From Acidobacteriota bacterium (GTDB taxonomy: Bacteria > Acidobacteriota > Blastocatellia > Pyrinomonadales > Pyrinomonadaceae), in contig JANNYB010000133.1 in NCBI GenBank assembly GCA_031409875.1, positions 4,765-68,764 on the forward strand: 64,000 bases of DNA, given 5' to 3'. Within the stretch, counting starts at the first letter, position 1. Every line of letters begins with the position of its first letter. The translations under genes were made by a program, and so were the position numbers. Shown piece after piece: positions 35,328 through 44,788 of the stretch. A model generated the notes under the pieces. That model saw nothing but the letters and a program-made list of their open reading frames with translations. It searched no databases and was not told the origin of the DNA.

Positions 35328-38300
35328 ATGAATATTGTTCTAGCCGAAATAGTTGGGGGCGGGCAAATGAAGCCCGAAAAATCATTTGGCGGAAACGCCG
35401 TGCGAATCGGGCGCGACCCGAACGATTGTCAGATAACTTTTGACAGCGCACAGTTTCCGATGGTTTCGCGCAAACACGCCGAATTGCATCTGCAAAACGG
35501 GCAATGGGTTTTGCACGATTTGAATTCGTCTTACGGAACTTACTACAACGGGCAAAAAATTTCTGCGCCGCAAATTGTTTCTGCCGGCGGTTCGATTCAA
35601 TTCGGCACAAACGGTCCGGTTTATCGCGTCGTGCGGTTTGAAAATTCTTATCAATCTTCGGACGCTTCGCAACAAAGCTATGCGAACGAAGTGAAGCCGC
35701 AAAATTATCAGCCGCAAAACCCGACAATTCCACCGCAAAATCAGCCCTCGACGCAAACGCCGCAACTCGATTTCGTCGGCAGAAACGCATCTGCACAGCC
35801 TTTTAGAATCACCAAAAACAGCATTTGGCTCGGACGCGATCCGAATGGCGATATTGTGATGGATGCCGATGCCGTGATGGTTTCGCGCCGCCACGCCGAA
35901 ATTCGCAACGAAAACGGCAATTATTTGGTTTATGACAACGGCAGTTTTAACGGAACACTCGTCAACGACCAAAGACTTTCCGCGCCGACACCGATTTATC
36001 ATAACGACCAGATTCAACTCGGAATGGGCGGACCTGTTTTAAAATTTAATATGCCTTCGCGCATTGCTCCGAAAGGCGCAAGCCACGCCGGACAGCGCGG
36101 CGTAGCACAATCGCAGATGGCTGATTTGAGCGCGATGTTGGAAGACGGCGGCTCGAAAACGATGGTTTTCAAGGCGGGCGATATTTCGCAACAAATGGCG
36201 AAAAACCAAGTTTCAGTCGAACCTTCGCTGTTGATGTCTCTGACATTTGGAAGCAAACAGGAACTCGTCATCGGACGCGCCGATTCGTGCGATATTACGC
36301 TCGACGGTTTGCAGATTTCCAATCAACACGCACGGCTCGTTCGCACGGCTTCGGGCGTTGACATCGAAGATTTGAATTCGACAAACGGCGTGTTTATCGA
36401 AGGAAATCGCATTTCGCGGCGTTCGCTTACATTAAATGATTCGGTGCAAATCGGTTCGTTCGTTTTGCGAATTGACCAAAGTTTCAACATCGGCATTTAT
36501 GACACGCGCTCGAAAACGCGGATTGATTCGGTCAATATTACGAAGGAAGTCAAAGATCGTTCGGGCGGCGGAAAACTTCGTCTGCTCGATGATGTTTCGC
36601 TTTCGATTATGCCGAATGAATTTGTCGGATTATTAGGTCCTTCGGGCGCAGGAAAATCAACTTTTATGGACGCGCTCAACGGAATGCGTCCGGCTTCGAG
36701 CGGCAATGTTTTGGTTAATGGTGCTGACCTTTATCAAAATCTCGACGCGATTAAACAATCAATTGGCTACGTTCCGCAAGATGACATTATTCACCGCGAA
36801 TTGACGGTTTATCGAACGCTTTATTATGTAGCAAAACTGCGGCTTTCGGGCGACGTTTCGCGCAAGGAAATTGATCAAATCGTTGATGAAGTGATGGACG
36901 TTACCGGCTTGAGCGAACGGCGCGATGTGCCGATTAATCAACTTTCCGGCGGACAAAGAAAGCGCGTTTCGATTGCCGTCGAACTCGTTACGAAACCTTC
37001 CGTAATTTATTTGGACGAACCGACTTCGGGGCTTGATCCGGCGACGGAAGAAAAAATTATGGTGCTTTTCCGGCAAATTGCCGAATCGGGCAGAACCGTA
37101 ATTTTGACGACGCACGCGATGGAAAACGTCAAACTTTTTGACAAAATCGTTTTGCTGATGCGCGGAAAATTGGTTTTTTACGGCGAACCGCAAGGTGCGC
37201 TCGACCACGTTGGCGCGAAGAGTTTTAAAGAACTTTACGACAAAATCGAAGCCCCGATTGAGGAAAGATTAAAAAACGGCGGCAATCGAAATCAAGTTAC
37301 CGAACAAGTTGCGGAAGAATGGAAACAGAAGTTTATGAAAACTCCTGAATACCGCAAAAACGTCTATGAACCGCTCAGTCAACTCGGAAATATGCCAAGC
37401 ACCGGAGTCAATCAAAAACGGCGTTTGGGACTTTTCGGTTCGATTCGGCAATTTTTCACGCTGTCGCGACGATATTGGGAAGTGCTGATGCGCGACAAAC
37501 TGAATCTGTTTATTTTGTTCGCCCAAGCTCCGATTGTCGCATTTTTGACGTTTCTCGTGATGGATGACGACCAGCCGCGCGATTTTCTGTATTTCGTTTT
37601 GTCGCTCGTTGCGGTTTGGTTCGGAACGTCGGTTGCGGCGCGTGAAATTATTCGTGAACGCGCCGTTTATAACCGCGAACGAATGGTTAATCTCGGTTTG
37701 ATGCCGTATGTTTTCTCGAAACTTTTTATTTTGGGAATCATCGTCGGACTGCAATGTATAATGCTGTTTTTGCCTCTGAAATTTTTCGATATTATCGGAG
37801 TAATGCCGATGCCGGGAGTTTTAGGCGGAATTCCGCATTTTTGGATAATGCTTTTGGTTGCGGCAGTCGGAATTTCACTTGGGCTTCTGATTTCCGCGCT
37901 CGTGAAAACATCGGAAATGGCAACTTCGCTCGTGCCTTTGATTCTGATTCCGCAGATTTTATTTTCCGGTTTGGTCGGAATTCCATACGGAATGGCGCGT
38001 GCCGGAAGTCTTGTAATGCCTGCAAGTTGGGCGTTTGACACGATGAAACGGCTTTCCGATTTGCCCGTTTTGCGCGATGAAGACGATAAAGAAAAGGATA
38101 AAAATTGCGACACCGATACAACTTGCGGATATTATGAACAAGTCGAAAGCAAGAACCGCAAAATCATCGAAGACGCGAAAGGCGATATGAAAGACTATAA
38201 GGATGATGCCAAAAAGGACATGGATGATTATAAGAAAAAAATGGAAGATTATATGGAAGATGTCCAGAACCAGCGCAGTGCAACCAAGCCGACAGCTCCC

Positions 38301-38480
38301 GTAATGAAAGACGAACCGAAGATCAAAGAAGCCGCAAAAATTGACAAAGATTTGAGCAATTACATAGATTTTCTGCATCCTTGGATGAACGAAATCGTCA
38401 ATCAGCTAATTTTGATGATGATGTTTTTTATGCTCGTGATGGCGACGCTCATCGTTTTGCGAATGCAAGACATCGCCTGA
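35328..38480 (+). CDS. triple-FHA-domain ABC transporter (ATPase + ABC-2 permease fused)
   Basis: 1050 aa. Three FHA cores (VRIGRDPNDCQITF..VSRKHAEL; IWLGRDPNGDIVM..VSRRHAEI; LVIGRADSCDITL..ISNQHARL). GLLGPSGAGKST, LSGGQRKRVSIAVEL, IYLDEPTSGLD. Six-TM ABC-2 region with a D/K-rich ~120-aa insert before the last TM helix. Confidence 0.9.
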   Translation: MNIVLAEIVGGGQMKPEKSFGGNAVRIGRDPNDCQITFDSAQFPMVSRKHAELHLQNGQWVLHDLNSSYGTYYNGQKISAPQIVSAGGSIQFGTNGPVYRVVRFENSYQSSDASQQSYANEVKPQNYQPQNPTIPPQNQPSTQTPQLDFVGRNASAQPFRITKNSIWLGRDPNGDIVMDADAVMVSRRHAEIRNENGNYLVYDNGSFNGTLVNDQRLSAPTPIYHNDQIQLGMGGPVLKFNMPSRIAPKGASHAGQRGVAQSQMADLSAMLEDGGSKTMVFKAGDISQQMAKNQVSVEPSLLMSLTFGSKQELVIGRADSCDITLDGLQISNQHARLVRTASGVDIEDLNSTNGVFIEGNRISRRSLTLNDSVQIGSFVLRIDQSFNIGIYDTRSKTRIDSVNITKEVKDRSGGGKLRLLDDVSLSIMPNEFVGLLGPSGAGKSTFMDALNGMRPASSGNVLVNGADLYQNLDAIKQSIGYVPQDDIIHRELTVYRTLYYVAKLRLSGDVSRKEIDQIVDEVMDVTGLSERRDVPINQLSGGQRKRVSIAVELVTKPSVIYLDEPTSGLDPATEEKIMVLFRQIAESGRTVILTTHAMENVKLFDKIVLLMRGKLVFYGEPQGALDHVGAKSFKELYDKIEAPIEERLKNGGNRNQVTEQVAEEWKQKFMKTPEYRKNVYEPLSQLGNMPSTGVNQKRRLGLFGSIRQFFTLSRRYWEVLMRDKLNLFILFAQAPIVAFLTFLVMDDDQPRDFLYFVLSLVAVWFGTSVAAREIIRERAVYNRERMVNLGLMPYVFSKLFILGIIVGLQCIMLFLPLKFFDIIGVMPMPGVLGGIPHFWIMLLVAAVGISLGLLISALVKTSEMATSLVPLILIPQILFSGLVGIPYGMARAGSLVMPASWAFDTMKRLSDLPVLRDEDDKEKDKNCDTDTTCGYYEQVESKNRKIIEDAKGDMKDYKDDAKKDMDDYKKKMEDYMEDVQNQRSATKPTAPVMKDEPKIKEAAKIDKDLSNYIDFLHPWMNEIVNQLILMMMFFMLVMATLIVLRMQDIA

Positions 38481-38503
38481 CGATGAATTATTTTATAAGA
38501 ATT

Positions 38504-38577
38504 TAGCCGCGGATTAACGCGGATAACGCGGATTAAATCGGAAAAAAATCAGCGTCATCTGCGTTAATCCGCGGCTG
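38504..38577. terminator. palindromic element / terminator hairpin after the ABC transporter gene
   Basis: TAGCCGCGGATTAACGC(GGATAACGCGGATTAA) .. GCGTTAATCCGCGGCTG. Confidence 0.75.
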
Positions 38578-38686
38578 AAAAAATTCTAAAAATTTTCTCG
38601 GCAACTTTGCAAGAATCCCAATTTTTAAGGAATAAAGAGCCGAAATTTTTGCATCTTATTATTTATTGTTGATTTAACGCAAAATA

Positions 38687-39325
38687 ATGAATAAGGTAGA
38701 ATGTGAAATGCAGAAAGATTTTTACGCCAGTTTTATGAAGAATTTATTTACCAAAGCAATTTTATTTGTCGCGCTGTGCATTGTTTTTTCCGGCTGTGAA
38801 ACGGCAAAAACGGATTCGCTCAACACCGCGCCGAAGGACGATAAAACAACGAACGCGAAAAAGGACTCAAACCCGAATAATTATCCGTTTGCGCCGTCGG
38901 CTATTTTGCAGGCGGAAATCAAAATGACGGACGGCACGAGTTTTAAAATGGAAGACAAAAAAGGCAAAGTTATTCTTTTGAATTTGTGGGCGACGTGGTG
39001 CGGACCGTGTCGTTCGGAAATGCCGCATCTTGTTGAAATGCAAGAGAAATACCGCGATAAAGGTTTTGAAGTTATCGGCTTAAATCAAAGCGACGAAAGC
39101 GTTGAAGAAATTAAAGATTTTGTCGGAAAAATGAAGCTGAATTATGCTCAAGGCTATTCGGACAACAAACTCACCAACGAATTTGTCAAACTTTCGCAAA
39201 TGAACGGCATTCCGCAAAGCATCTTGATTGACCGCGAAAATCGTCTGACCGGAGTTTTCGGCGGCGGCGGTCCGAAAGTCATAAATTCGATGAAAGATAC
39301 GGTTGATAAAATTGTCAATCAATAG
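38687..39325 (+). CDS. TlpA/ResA-like thioredoxin-fold lipoprotein
   Basis: Lipobox-like FSGC and LLNLWATWCGPCRSEMPHL. The true start may be an internal ATG (MQKDF or MKNLF). Confidence 0.85.
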   Translation: MNKVECEMQKDFYASFMKNLFTKAILFVALCIVFSGCETAKTDSLNTAPKDDKTTNAKKDSNPNNYPFAPSAILQAEIKMTDGTSFKMEDKKGKVILLNLWATWCGPCRSEMPHLVEMQEKYRDKGFEVIGLNQSDESVEEIKDFVGKMKLNYAQGYSDNKLTNEFVKLSQMNGIPQSILIDRENRLTGVFGGGGPKVINSMKDTVDKIVNQ

Positions 39326-39406
39326 TTTTGAGTCCCGCCTTCAGGCGGCGTTGTCAGTTCGCCGCGGTTCGCTGGCGACCTGCCGCCTAAAGGCGGGACT
39401 CAAAAC
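39325..39406. repeat. 82-bp palindrome of the GAGTCC family
   Basis: GTTTTGAGTCCCGCCTTCAGGCGGC .. GCCGCCTAAAGGCGGGACTCAAAAC. It overlaps the stops of both convergent genes. Confidence 0.9.
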
Positions 39407-40832
39407 TTTTCGGTTCAACTAAAATCGTCTTAAAACTTGCCAAACTCACAAGCCCAAGTGCCGAGCCTTTCTGTTTATTGACGAATTTTTTTGGCGTGTA
39501 ATGCACGGCAACTTTGGGCTGTTCGCGGGCAGTGCTGTAAAACGCGGCAAATTGTGCGGCTTCGAGCAGAGTTTTCTGCGGGATTTCTGCGCGATTCGGA
39601 TTTTTAACGACAACGTGCGAACCCGGATAATCTGCCGCGTGAAGCCACAAATCGTTTGATTTTGCCACACGAAATGTCAAAAAATCATTATCTTTTGCGC
39701 CTTTTCCAACCAAAATTTCAAAACCGTCGGACGAAATAAATTTTCTCGCGCATTTGATAGTTTCGGCAGATTTAACTTTCGATTTTGCTGAAACTTTTTC
39801 CGGTTTTTCGCCGATAAATTCATCTAAAACGGATTCGTCTTTTTCCGTAATCGCCGTTTCGAGTTCGGTAATTCGTAATTCGTAATTCGTAATTTGTAAT
39901 TCAAGAGCCGCCAAACGCTTGGCAATTTCTTGTTTCGCATTTCGGGCTTTCGTATATTTTTTGAAAAACTTTTCGGCAGCGTGCGTCAATTCATCATTTT
40001 CATCAACCTCAATTTCCAGCGTCGGAATATTTTCATCAAAATAATCAACGACTAAAACTTTATTTTCAATCCGCACCGCGTCAGCCAAATTCGCCAAAAT
40101 CAAATCGCCAAACCGTTTCCACGTCTCAGCGTTACCGTGTTTCGCCAAATCCGCATTCAAATTCGCAACCTGTTTTCCGCGCTTTTTTAATTCCTGATTC
40201 AACTTGCTTCGAGCCGCATTCGCCTTAGACTTAAAGGCATTTTCCACCTCTTTTTCCAGATAAAAATTATCAAGACTCTCAGACAAACTCTCAAAATCTC
40301 CCAACGGAAAAATCTCCTCGTCTCCTTTTCTCACTTTCTCCCCTTCTCGAACCGGCGGCGCGAATTTCTGTCCAACCAACTGTCCTTCGCCCGAATTTTC
40401 GCGGCTGGCATCAATAATAAAGCCGCGTTCATCGAGCAGAAAAAGATTCGCCGAACGTCCCGTTAATTGGACGATTAAGCCGAGATTTTCCGCTTGCCCG
40501 ATTTCGCTCACGGCTGAAAAATCAAATCGCAAAATGCGTTCGTCTTTAAACTTTTCGATGTTTTCCAAAATTGCATTTGAAAGTTTTTTTCGCAGATGCA
40601 GAAGAAAAGGCGCAGGATTTTTTGATGATTTTTCCAAATCGCGCAAGCGTCTTTTGATCAAAAAAATACGCGGCGCAGAAGGTTCAAAACTGATAAAAAG
40701 ATAGCGCGAATCGTTAAGCCGAAAATCAATCGCCAACTGAAACCGCGAAAGAGGAAAAATTTTGCCGAACTTTCGCCCGCACAAAACAGACGAAAGCTCG
40801 GCACTTATGTTTTCGAGTGTTGAATTGTTCAC
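39387..40832 (-). CDS. NFACT-family ribosome quality control protein (RqcH/FbpA-like)
   Basis: C-terminal NFACT-R/DUF814 signature DGFEILVGKGAKDNDFLTFRVAKSNDLWLHAADYPGSHVVV. The N-terminal NFACT-N-like domain starts at VNNSTLENISAELSSVLCGRKFGKIF. The ORF-track start at 40967 overlaps the upstream gene and crosses a heptamer array, so GTG 40832 is proposed; the start remains uncertain. Confidence 0.8.
   Translation of the reverse strand: MNNSTLENISAELSSVLCGRKFGKIFPLSRFQLAIDFRLNDSRYLFISFEPSAPRIFLIKRRLRDLEKSSKNPAPFLLHLRKKLSNAILENIEKFKDERILRFDFSAVSEIGQAENLGLIVQLTGRSANLFLLDERGFIIDASRENSGEGQLVGQKFAPPVREGEKVRKGDEEIFPLGDFESLSESLDNFYLEKEVENAFKSKANAARSKLNQELKKRGKQVANLNADLAKHGNAETWKRFGDLILANLADAVRIENKVLVVDYFDENIPTLEIEVDENDELTHAAEKFFKKYTKARNAKQEIAKRLAALELQITNYELRITELETAITEKDESVLDEFIGEKPEKVSAKSKVKSAETIKCARKFISSDGFEILVGKGAKDNDFLTFRVAKSNDLWLHAADYPGSHVVVKNPNRAEIPQKTLLEAAQFAAFYSTAREQPKVAVHYTPKKFVNKQKGSALGLVSLASFKTILVEPKSFESRL
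39868..39903. repeat. heptamer array GTAATTC x5 inside the rqcH-like CDS
   Basis: GGTAATTCGTAATTCGTAATTCGTAATTTGTAATTC. It encodes ..LELQITNYELRITELE.. on the minus strand. Confidence 0.85.
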
Positions 40833-40842
40833 TTTGTGAATT

Positions 40843-40878
40843 TCAGATTCCAGATTCCAGATTCCAAATTCCAAATTA
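40843..40878. repeat. heptamer array CAGATTC x3 / CAAATTC x2 between RDD-family gene and rqcH-like gene
   Basis: TCAGATTCCAGATTCCAGATTCCAAATTCCAAATTAG. Confidence 0.85.
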
Positions 40879-40905
40879 GTTAATTTAAATCTGAAATCTG
40901 GAACC

Positions 40906-42159
40906 TTAAATCTCCTTAACGACAATCGTTCCCGAAGCGATGTCATGAACGGCGCGTTTTTCTTCATTAAAAGGCAATGTTAGGAAACCTGCGCCGCCGA
41001 AAGCCAACGAAAGCAGATAAAGCGACGCGCTGACTGCGGCTTGATGGATTGACGGGTAATTTTCGCCTTCGATGTCCACGACTTCGAGCGAAAACAGGCG
41101 CATTCCGAGCGTTCTGCCGTAAAACCCGACGGCGACCGTCATATAAACGAACATCACGCCCGCGCAAACTGCCAAAAATCCCAAAAATCCGCCGAATGTG
41201 AACCAACCGCCTTTCAACATAAACGGCGAAAGTAAAATCAAAGACGCAAACGAACCGATAATCAAATCGAAAAGTCCGGCATTAAAGCGCATTGCAAACG
41301 GCGCGATGTCTTCGATTTCTTCTTCCGCTTCGACGAGCTTTAATTCAGTTTTTTGAATTTCTTCGTCCACGACCGTTTTATGCAAATCGTCTGAATTGGT
41401 TTTGTGAATATCGAATGTTGCGGAAACTTCATCCGGCAACGGCGGCAATTTGTTGGTGTCAAATGTTTTCGCCTCGGTTTTTAGTGTTCCGATGTGGCGC
41501 GGTTTGATGGTTTGATTTATCGTCGCCGGTTTCGGATCGGGCAAAATCTCGCCTTCTCTGGCAGCAATGCGAAACGGATAATTTTTCTGCGGCACAGGCG
41601 TTTCTTCAACCGCAACGGGCGCAAGCGCAACTTCTTCCGCAACGATAAACTGCCGCCGCGAATTGGCAATGCGCTGTAAAGCCGCATTTAACGTCGGATT
41701 CGCGTGTGAAACGGCGGAAATCTCCGGCGTTGGTTCCGGCGCAGGTTCGTATTGCGGTTGGAGTTTGAGCGCGTTTGCGCCGCTCGTCATCGCCATCGGC
41801 TGTGAATTCGCTACACCGTAATCCAAATCTTGACGTTTCCGCACGGCGTTTTGAATTTGCAAACGCCATTCGGGAAGCGTGGAGTTTTTGCTTTGAAATT
41901 CAACTAAAGTCGGAGCCGTGTTTTTGGCGGGAATTTCGCGTGTGTCAGGCTTTGCCGAAGCAAGCCGCACATTGTTAATTGGCAATTCTTGTTTTTTCGG
42001 AATGTTCAAAATTTCTCTTTTCTCCATAATTTTTGGTTTTGAAATCGGAGTTATTTTTACTTCCAACTCTTCACGAACCTTGTCATTGATCATCGCTCCG
42101 CAACTCGGACAGATTGACAAGTCGGCGTGGTTTTCTCGATTACAAACAGGACAATTCAT
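40906..42159 (-). CDS. zinc-ribbon + RDD-family membrane protein
   Basis: N-terminal MNCPVCNREN..CPSCG. C-terminal RDD-like region FNAGLFDLIIGSF..YGRTLGMRLFSLEVV..RAVHDIASGTIVV with 3 TM helices. Confidence 0.8.
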   Translation of the reverse strand: MNCPVCNRENHADLSICPSCGAMINDKVREELEVKITPISKPKIMEKREILNIPKKQELPINNVRLASAKPDTREIPAKNTAPTLVEFQSKNSTLPEWRLQIQNAVRKRQDLDYGVANSQPMAMTSGANALKLQPQYEPAPEPTPEISAVSHANPTLNAALQRIANSRRQFIVAEEVALAPVAVEETPVPQKNYPFRIAAREGEILPDPKPATINQTIKPRHIGTLKTEAKTFDTNKLPPLPDEVSATFDIHKTNSDDLHKTVVDEEIQKTELKLVEAEEEIEDIAPFAMRFNAGLFDLIIGSFASLILLSPFMLKGGWFTFGGFLGFLAVCAGVMFVYMTVAVGFYGRTLGMRLFSLEVVDIEGENYPSIHQAAVSASLYLLSLAFGGAGFLTLPFNEEKRAVHDIASGTIVVKEI

Positions 42160-42419
42160 AGATTTTTAAAGATTGATAATACCGGATATGAATTTTTTTG
42201 AGACGGAAAATTCTTGATATGAACTAAACTGAAAAAATAATATCAGAGATTACTTTAAGTAGTCAATAGTAAATTGTGCAAACAATGAAGATTTTTGATT
42301 TATATTTATCTTCATTCGTGATTTTACCGAATTCTTCGAGTATTTTTTTTTACAAAAATGTAAAATTTAGCTTGCAAATTTTTTTATTTGAGATTATTAT
42401 CGCTTCGCTTAGCAAAATT

Positions 42420-42623
42420 TTAATTTTTAAAACATTTTATGTGTCCGTATTGCATTAATGGACTAAAAAAGTTTTGACTTTTACAATTTTCAAGGCTCTT
42501 TGACATATTTAAGTTCCGGCTTTTATCAGAACAATAGCAATAAACATTTTCGGTCAAACAATCATCATTTATGAATCTACAACGACCGATTCCAAGTTGC
42601 GAAGATAAATTGAAATTCTGCAC
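42420..42623 (-). CDS. possible small Cys-rich ORF (very tentative)
   Basis: 67 aa with 7 Cys (CRFINDDCLTENVYCYCSDKS..) in an AT-rich region that is otherwise noncoding. No clear RBS seen. Confidence 0.2.
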   Translation of the reverse strand: MQNFNLSSQLGIGRCRFINDDCLTENVYCYCSDKSRNLNMSKSLENCKSQNFFSPLMQYGHIKCFKN

Positions 42624-42906
42624 AAAGTTTTACAAAGACTGATTTTATCAACGCAAAAACCATTTACATTCAACCGAAACCGTCCGTGTCATCAGTGCCA
42701 CGGGCATTCATTACAAAAGAGAGCAATCATCATTTTCCCAAAGAAACCGCTGTTAAATTTGGCATCAGAGGCAGAAACACGCGCGTTAGCAAGTGTGTTA
42801 AACCCATCTTTTGAGCAAAAGCACTTCAAACAGCAAACTTTGGCTAATTACAAGAGGTAATTCCCTAAATTATTTCAAAAACCCGAGGAGGTAATTAACA
42901 AAGAAT

Positions 42907-43251
42907 ATGAACGCATTACACAAAGCCGAACTCAATATGCAAAGCGGCATCGAACACCAACCCGATGCCAACATCCCAATCATTGAAACCGTCCGCGCAT
43001 TTTCGACGACCTTCAATAACCAAAAGGCATCCAAAGCCCAAACCAAACCTGCCAACGGCGGACAAAAATCGCCGCGCACAGGCTTTGCTCCCGCTAAATC
43101 TGCGTCAAAAAGAGCATTACGCAACACAACTTTAACAATCGCCACCGAAAAATGCACAATCCGTGTAACTAAGACAAGTTTTACAAACTTTGAAGTCTTC
43201 GACTTCGAGATCAAATTTGGCGATATTACGACTTTGAATACTGTAAATTGA
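42907..43251 (+). CDS. hypothetical 114-aa protein, first ORF of the AT-rich island operon
   Basis: Strong RBS GAGGAGG 8 nt upstream of the ATG. Basic, disordered-looking middle with a beta-rich C-terminus. Preferred over the overlapping minus-strand ORF 42870-43316, which has no RBS. Confidence 0.6.
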   Translation: MNALHKAELNMQSGIEHQPDANIPIIETVRAFSTTFNNQKASKAQTKPANGGQKSPRTGFAPAKSASKRALRNTTLTIATEKCTIRVTKTSFTNFEVFDFEIKFGDITTLNTVN

Positions 43252-43292
43252 TATTGAATCTTATAAAATAATCTAAATAATTTACCAAACAT

Positions 43293-44771
43293 ATGGAAGA
43301 GAATACTTATCAGCATACAATGGACATAGCTCGATACACTTTTTTTGTTGTAAATATTGCTTGTGTTATTTTTGTTGCTGCTGTTTATGGCTTTGCTTTT
43401 AAGTTTCTTGACAATAAGTTTTATCGGACAATCGCCATAGGTTGGGTAACAAATGCTATTTATTTAACATTGGAAACTTACTTCTTCATTTTGAATGATA
43501 CAAAAAATGATACCTTGTCTTATATCATCCTTACTATTTCGTTATTATCTACACTGATTTTTCATTATGCGATAAATAGAGACGAAAAATTTCTCCAAAG
43601 AGTTAAATTTATAGCTAGATTCAAGCCCTTATACGGGCTAATTCCAATAACTCTTTGTGTTATCGGAATGATTTATGCAAGTAATGCCGCTTATGACCAT
43701 AAATTTTGGTTTTCTCTGTTCTTAATGCCGACAATTCTTTATTCTTTTATTATACTAAGTTTAATTTCATACCGTTTTTTCATATCCTTTCCAGACGATG
43801 AGTTCGGACTTAGTTCCACTATACTTTATGGTTCCTGGGGAATTTATGGTGTCATACAATTTTATTATCCATTAGCAATCTTCAATAAAGAAATAGAAAC
43901 TGTTCAGACGCTATCCTTTTCCATATTTGTTCTTGCCTTTGTTTTAAAGATACTTAACATCATCGGACTTCTCAACGTCCTTCAGAAAGAGTATTCAAAT
44001 TTACAAGGGGAAAATCTTCAATATTCTGTTCATCAAGAAGTTGGCGAACTTGCCGCCGGCTTGCATCATGATATTAAGTTGCCTTCCGCGTTAATTGACG
44101 GTGAACTAACACTTCTTGAGACTGATAAACCTAATGACGCAAGAATAAAAGCTTTTATTAAACCTGTAAGAAAGGCAAATAAAATGATTTCTGAAACCGT
44201 TAAGTTGGTAGATATGATTCAACTTGACCCTAAACAGATTTCACAAAGATTTAAGAAATTACATGTTGGAACACTAATTTCATCCGCCAGAGGCTTTTAT
44301 AATAGAGCAATCAAAGAAAACAGTCTAAAAATAGTCAAGTCAGAACAGCCTATCCCAACTGCATATGTGTTTGCAAATGAAGAACTTTTGACTCAAGCAT
44401 TTTTTAATATCATGAAAAATGCTAAGGAGTCTTTAGCAACATTATTAGAGATTCAAGTTCAGAAATCTGATACGAACCCCAAAAATATAGAATTTTTATT
44501 TTTTAATAATGGCGAAATTATTTCGGATGATGAAATGGATAATTGCTTTAGGGCGGGGTGGTCTTCTGAAAAGAAGAGAGAAAGAAGAGCAGATGAGGGT
44601 AATGTTGGGATGGGATTATATATGTGTTTTAGAATAATTGCCTTTCACCGTGGAAAGATTGAAATTTTCAGGTTTGATGAAGCATCCAAATCAAACAAAA
44701 CTTTCAAAAAAGAAGAGTTTTCCAAATATAAAGTTGGTGTGAGAATAACTCTTCCAATTGCATCTAATTAG
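43293..44771 (+). CDS. polytopic membrane sensor histidine kinase
   Basis: 492 aa. ~6-7 TM helices, H-box ELAAGLHHDIKLP, N-box FFNIMKNAKES, G-box GNVGMGLYMC. Confidence 0.85.
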   Translation: MEENTYQHTMDIARYTFFVVNIACVIFVAAVYGFAFKFLDNKFYRTIAIGWVTNAIYLTLETYFFILNDTKNDTLSYIILTISLLSTLIFHYAINRDEKFLQRVKFIARFKPLYGLIPITLCVIGMIYASNAAYDHKFWFSLFLMPTILYSFIILSLISYRFFISFPDDEFGLSSTILYGSWGIYGVIQFYYPLAIFNKEIETVQTLSFSIFVLAFVLKILNIIGLLNVLQKEYSNLQGENLQYSVHQEVGELAAGLHHDIKLPSALIDGELTLLETDKPNDARIKAFIKPVRKANKMISETVKLVDMIQLDPKQISQRFKKLHVGTLISSARGFYNRAIKENSLKIVKSEQPIPTAYVFANEELLTQAFFNIMKNAKESLATLLEIQVQKSDTNPKNIEFLFFNNGEIISDDEMDNCFRAGWSSEKKRERRADEGNVGMGLYMCFRIIAFHRGKIEIFRFDEASKSNKTFKKEEFSKYKVGVRITLPIASN

Positions 44772-44788
44772 AAAATAAGGAGATAAAT

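Noticed and set aside
40833-40967. N-terminal 45-aa extension of the rqcH-like ORF as annotated in the ORF track
   Set aside because: It overlaps the 3' end of the upstream RDD-family gene by 62 nt and is largely encoded by a heptamer array. The conserved NFACT-N sequence starts only after it.
42870-43316. 148-aa minus-strand ORF overlapping 42907-43251
   Set aside because: It has no RBS and overlaps the start region of the histidine kinase gene. The plus-strand ORF has a strong GAGGAGG RBS at the correct spacing.
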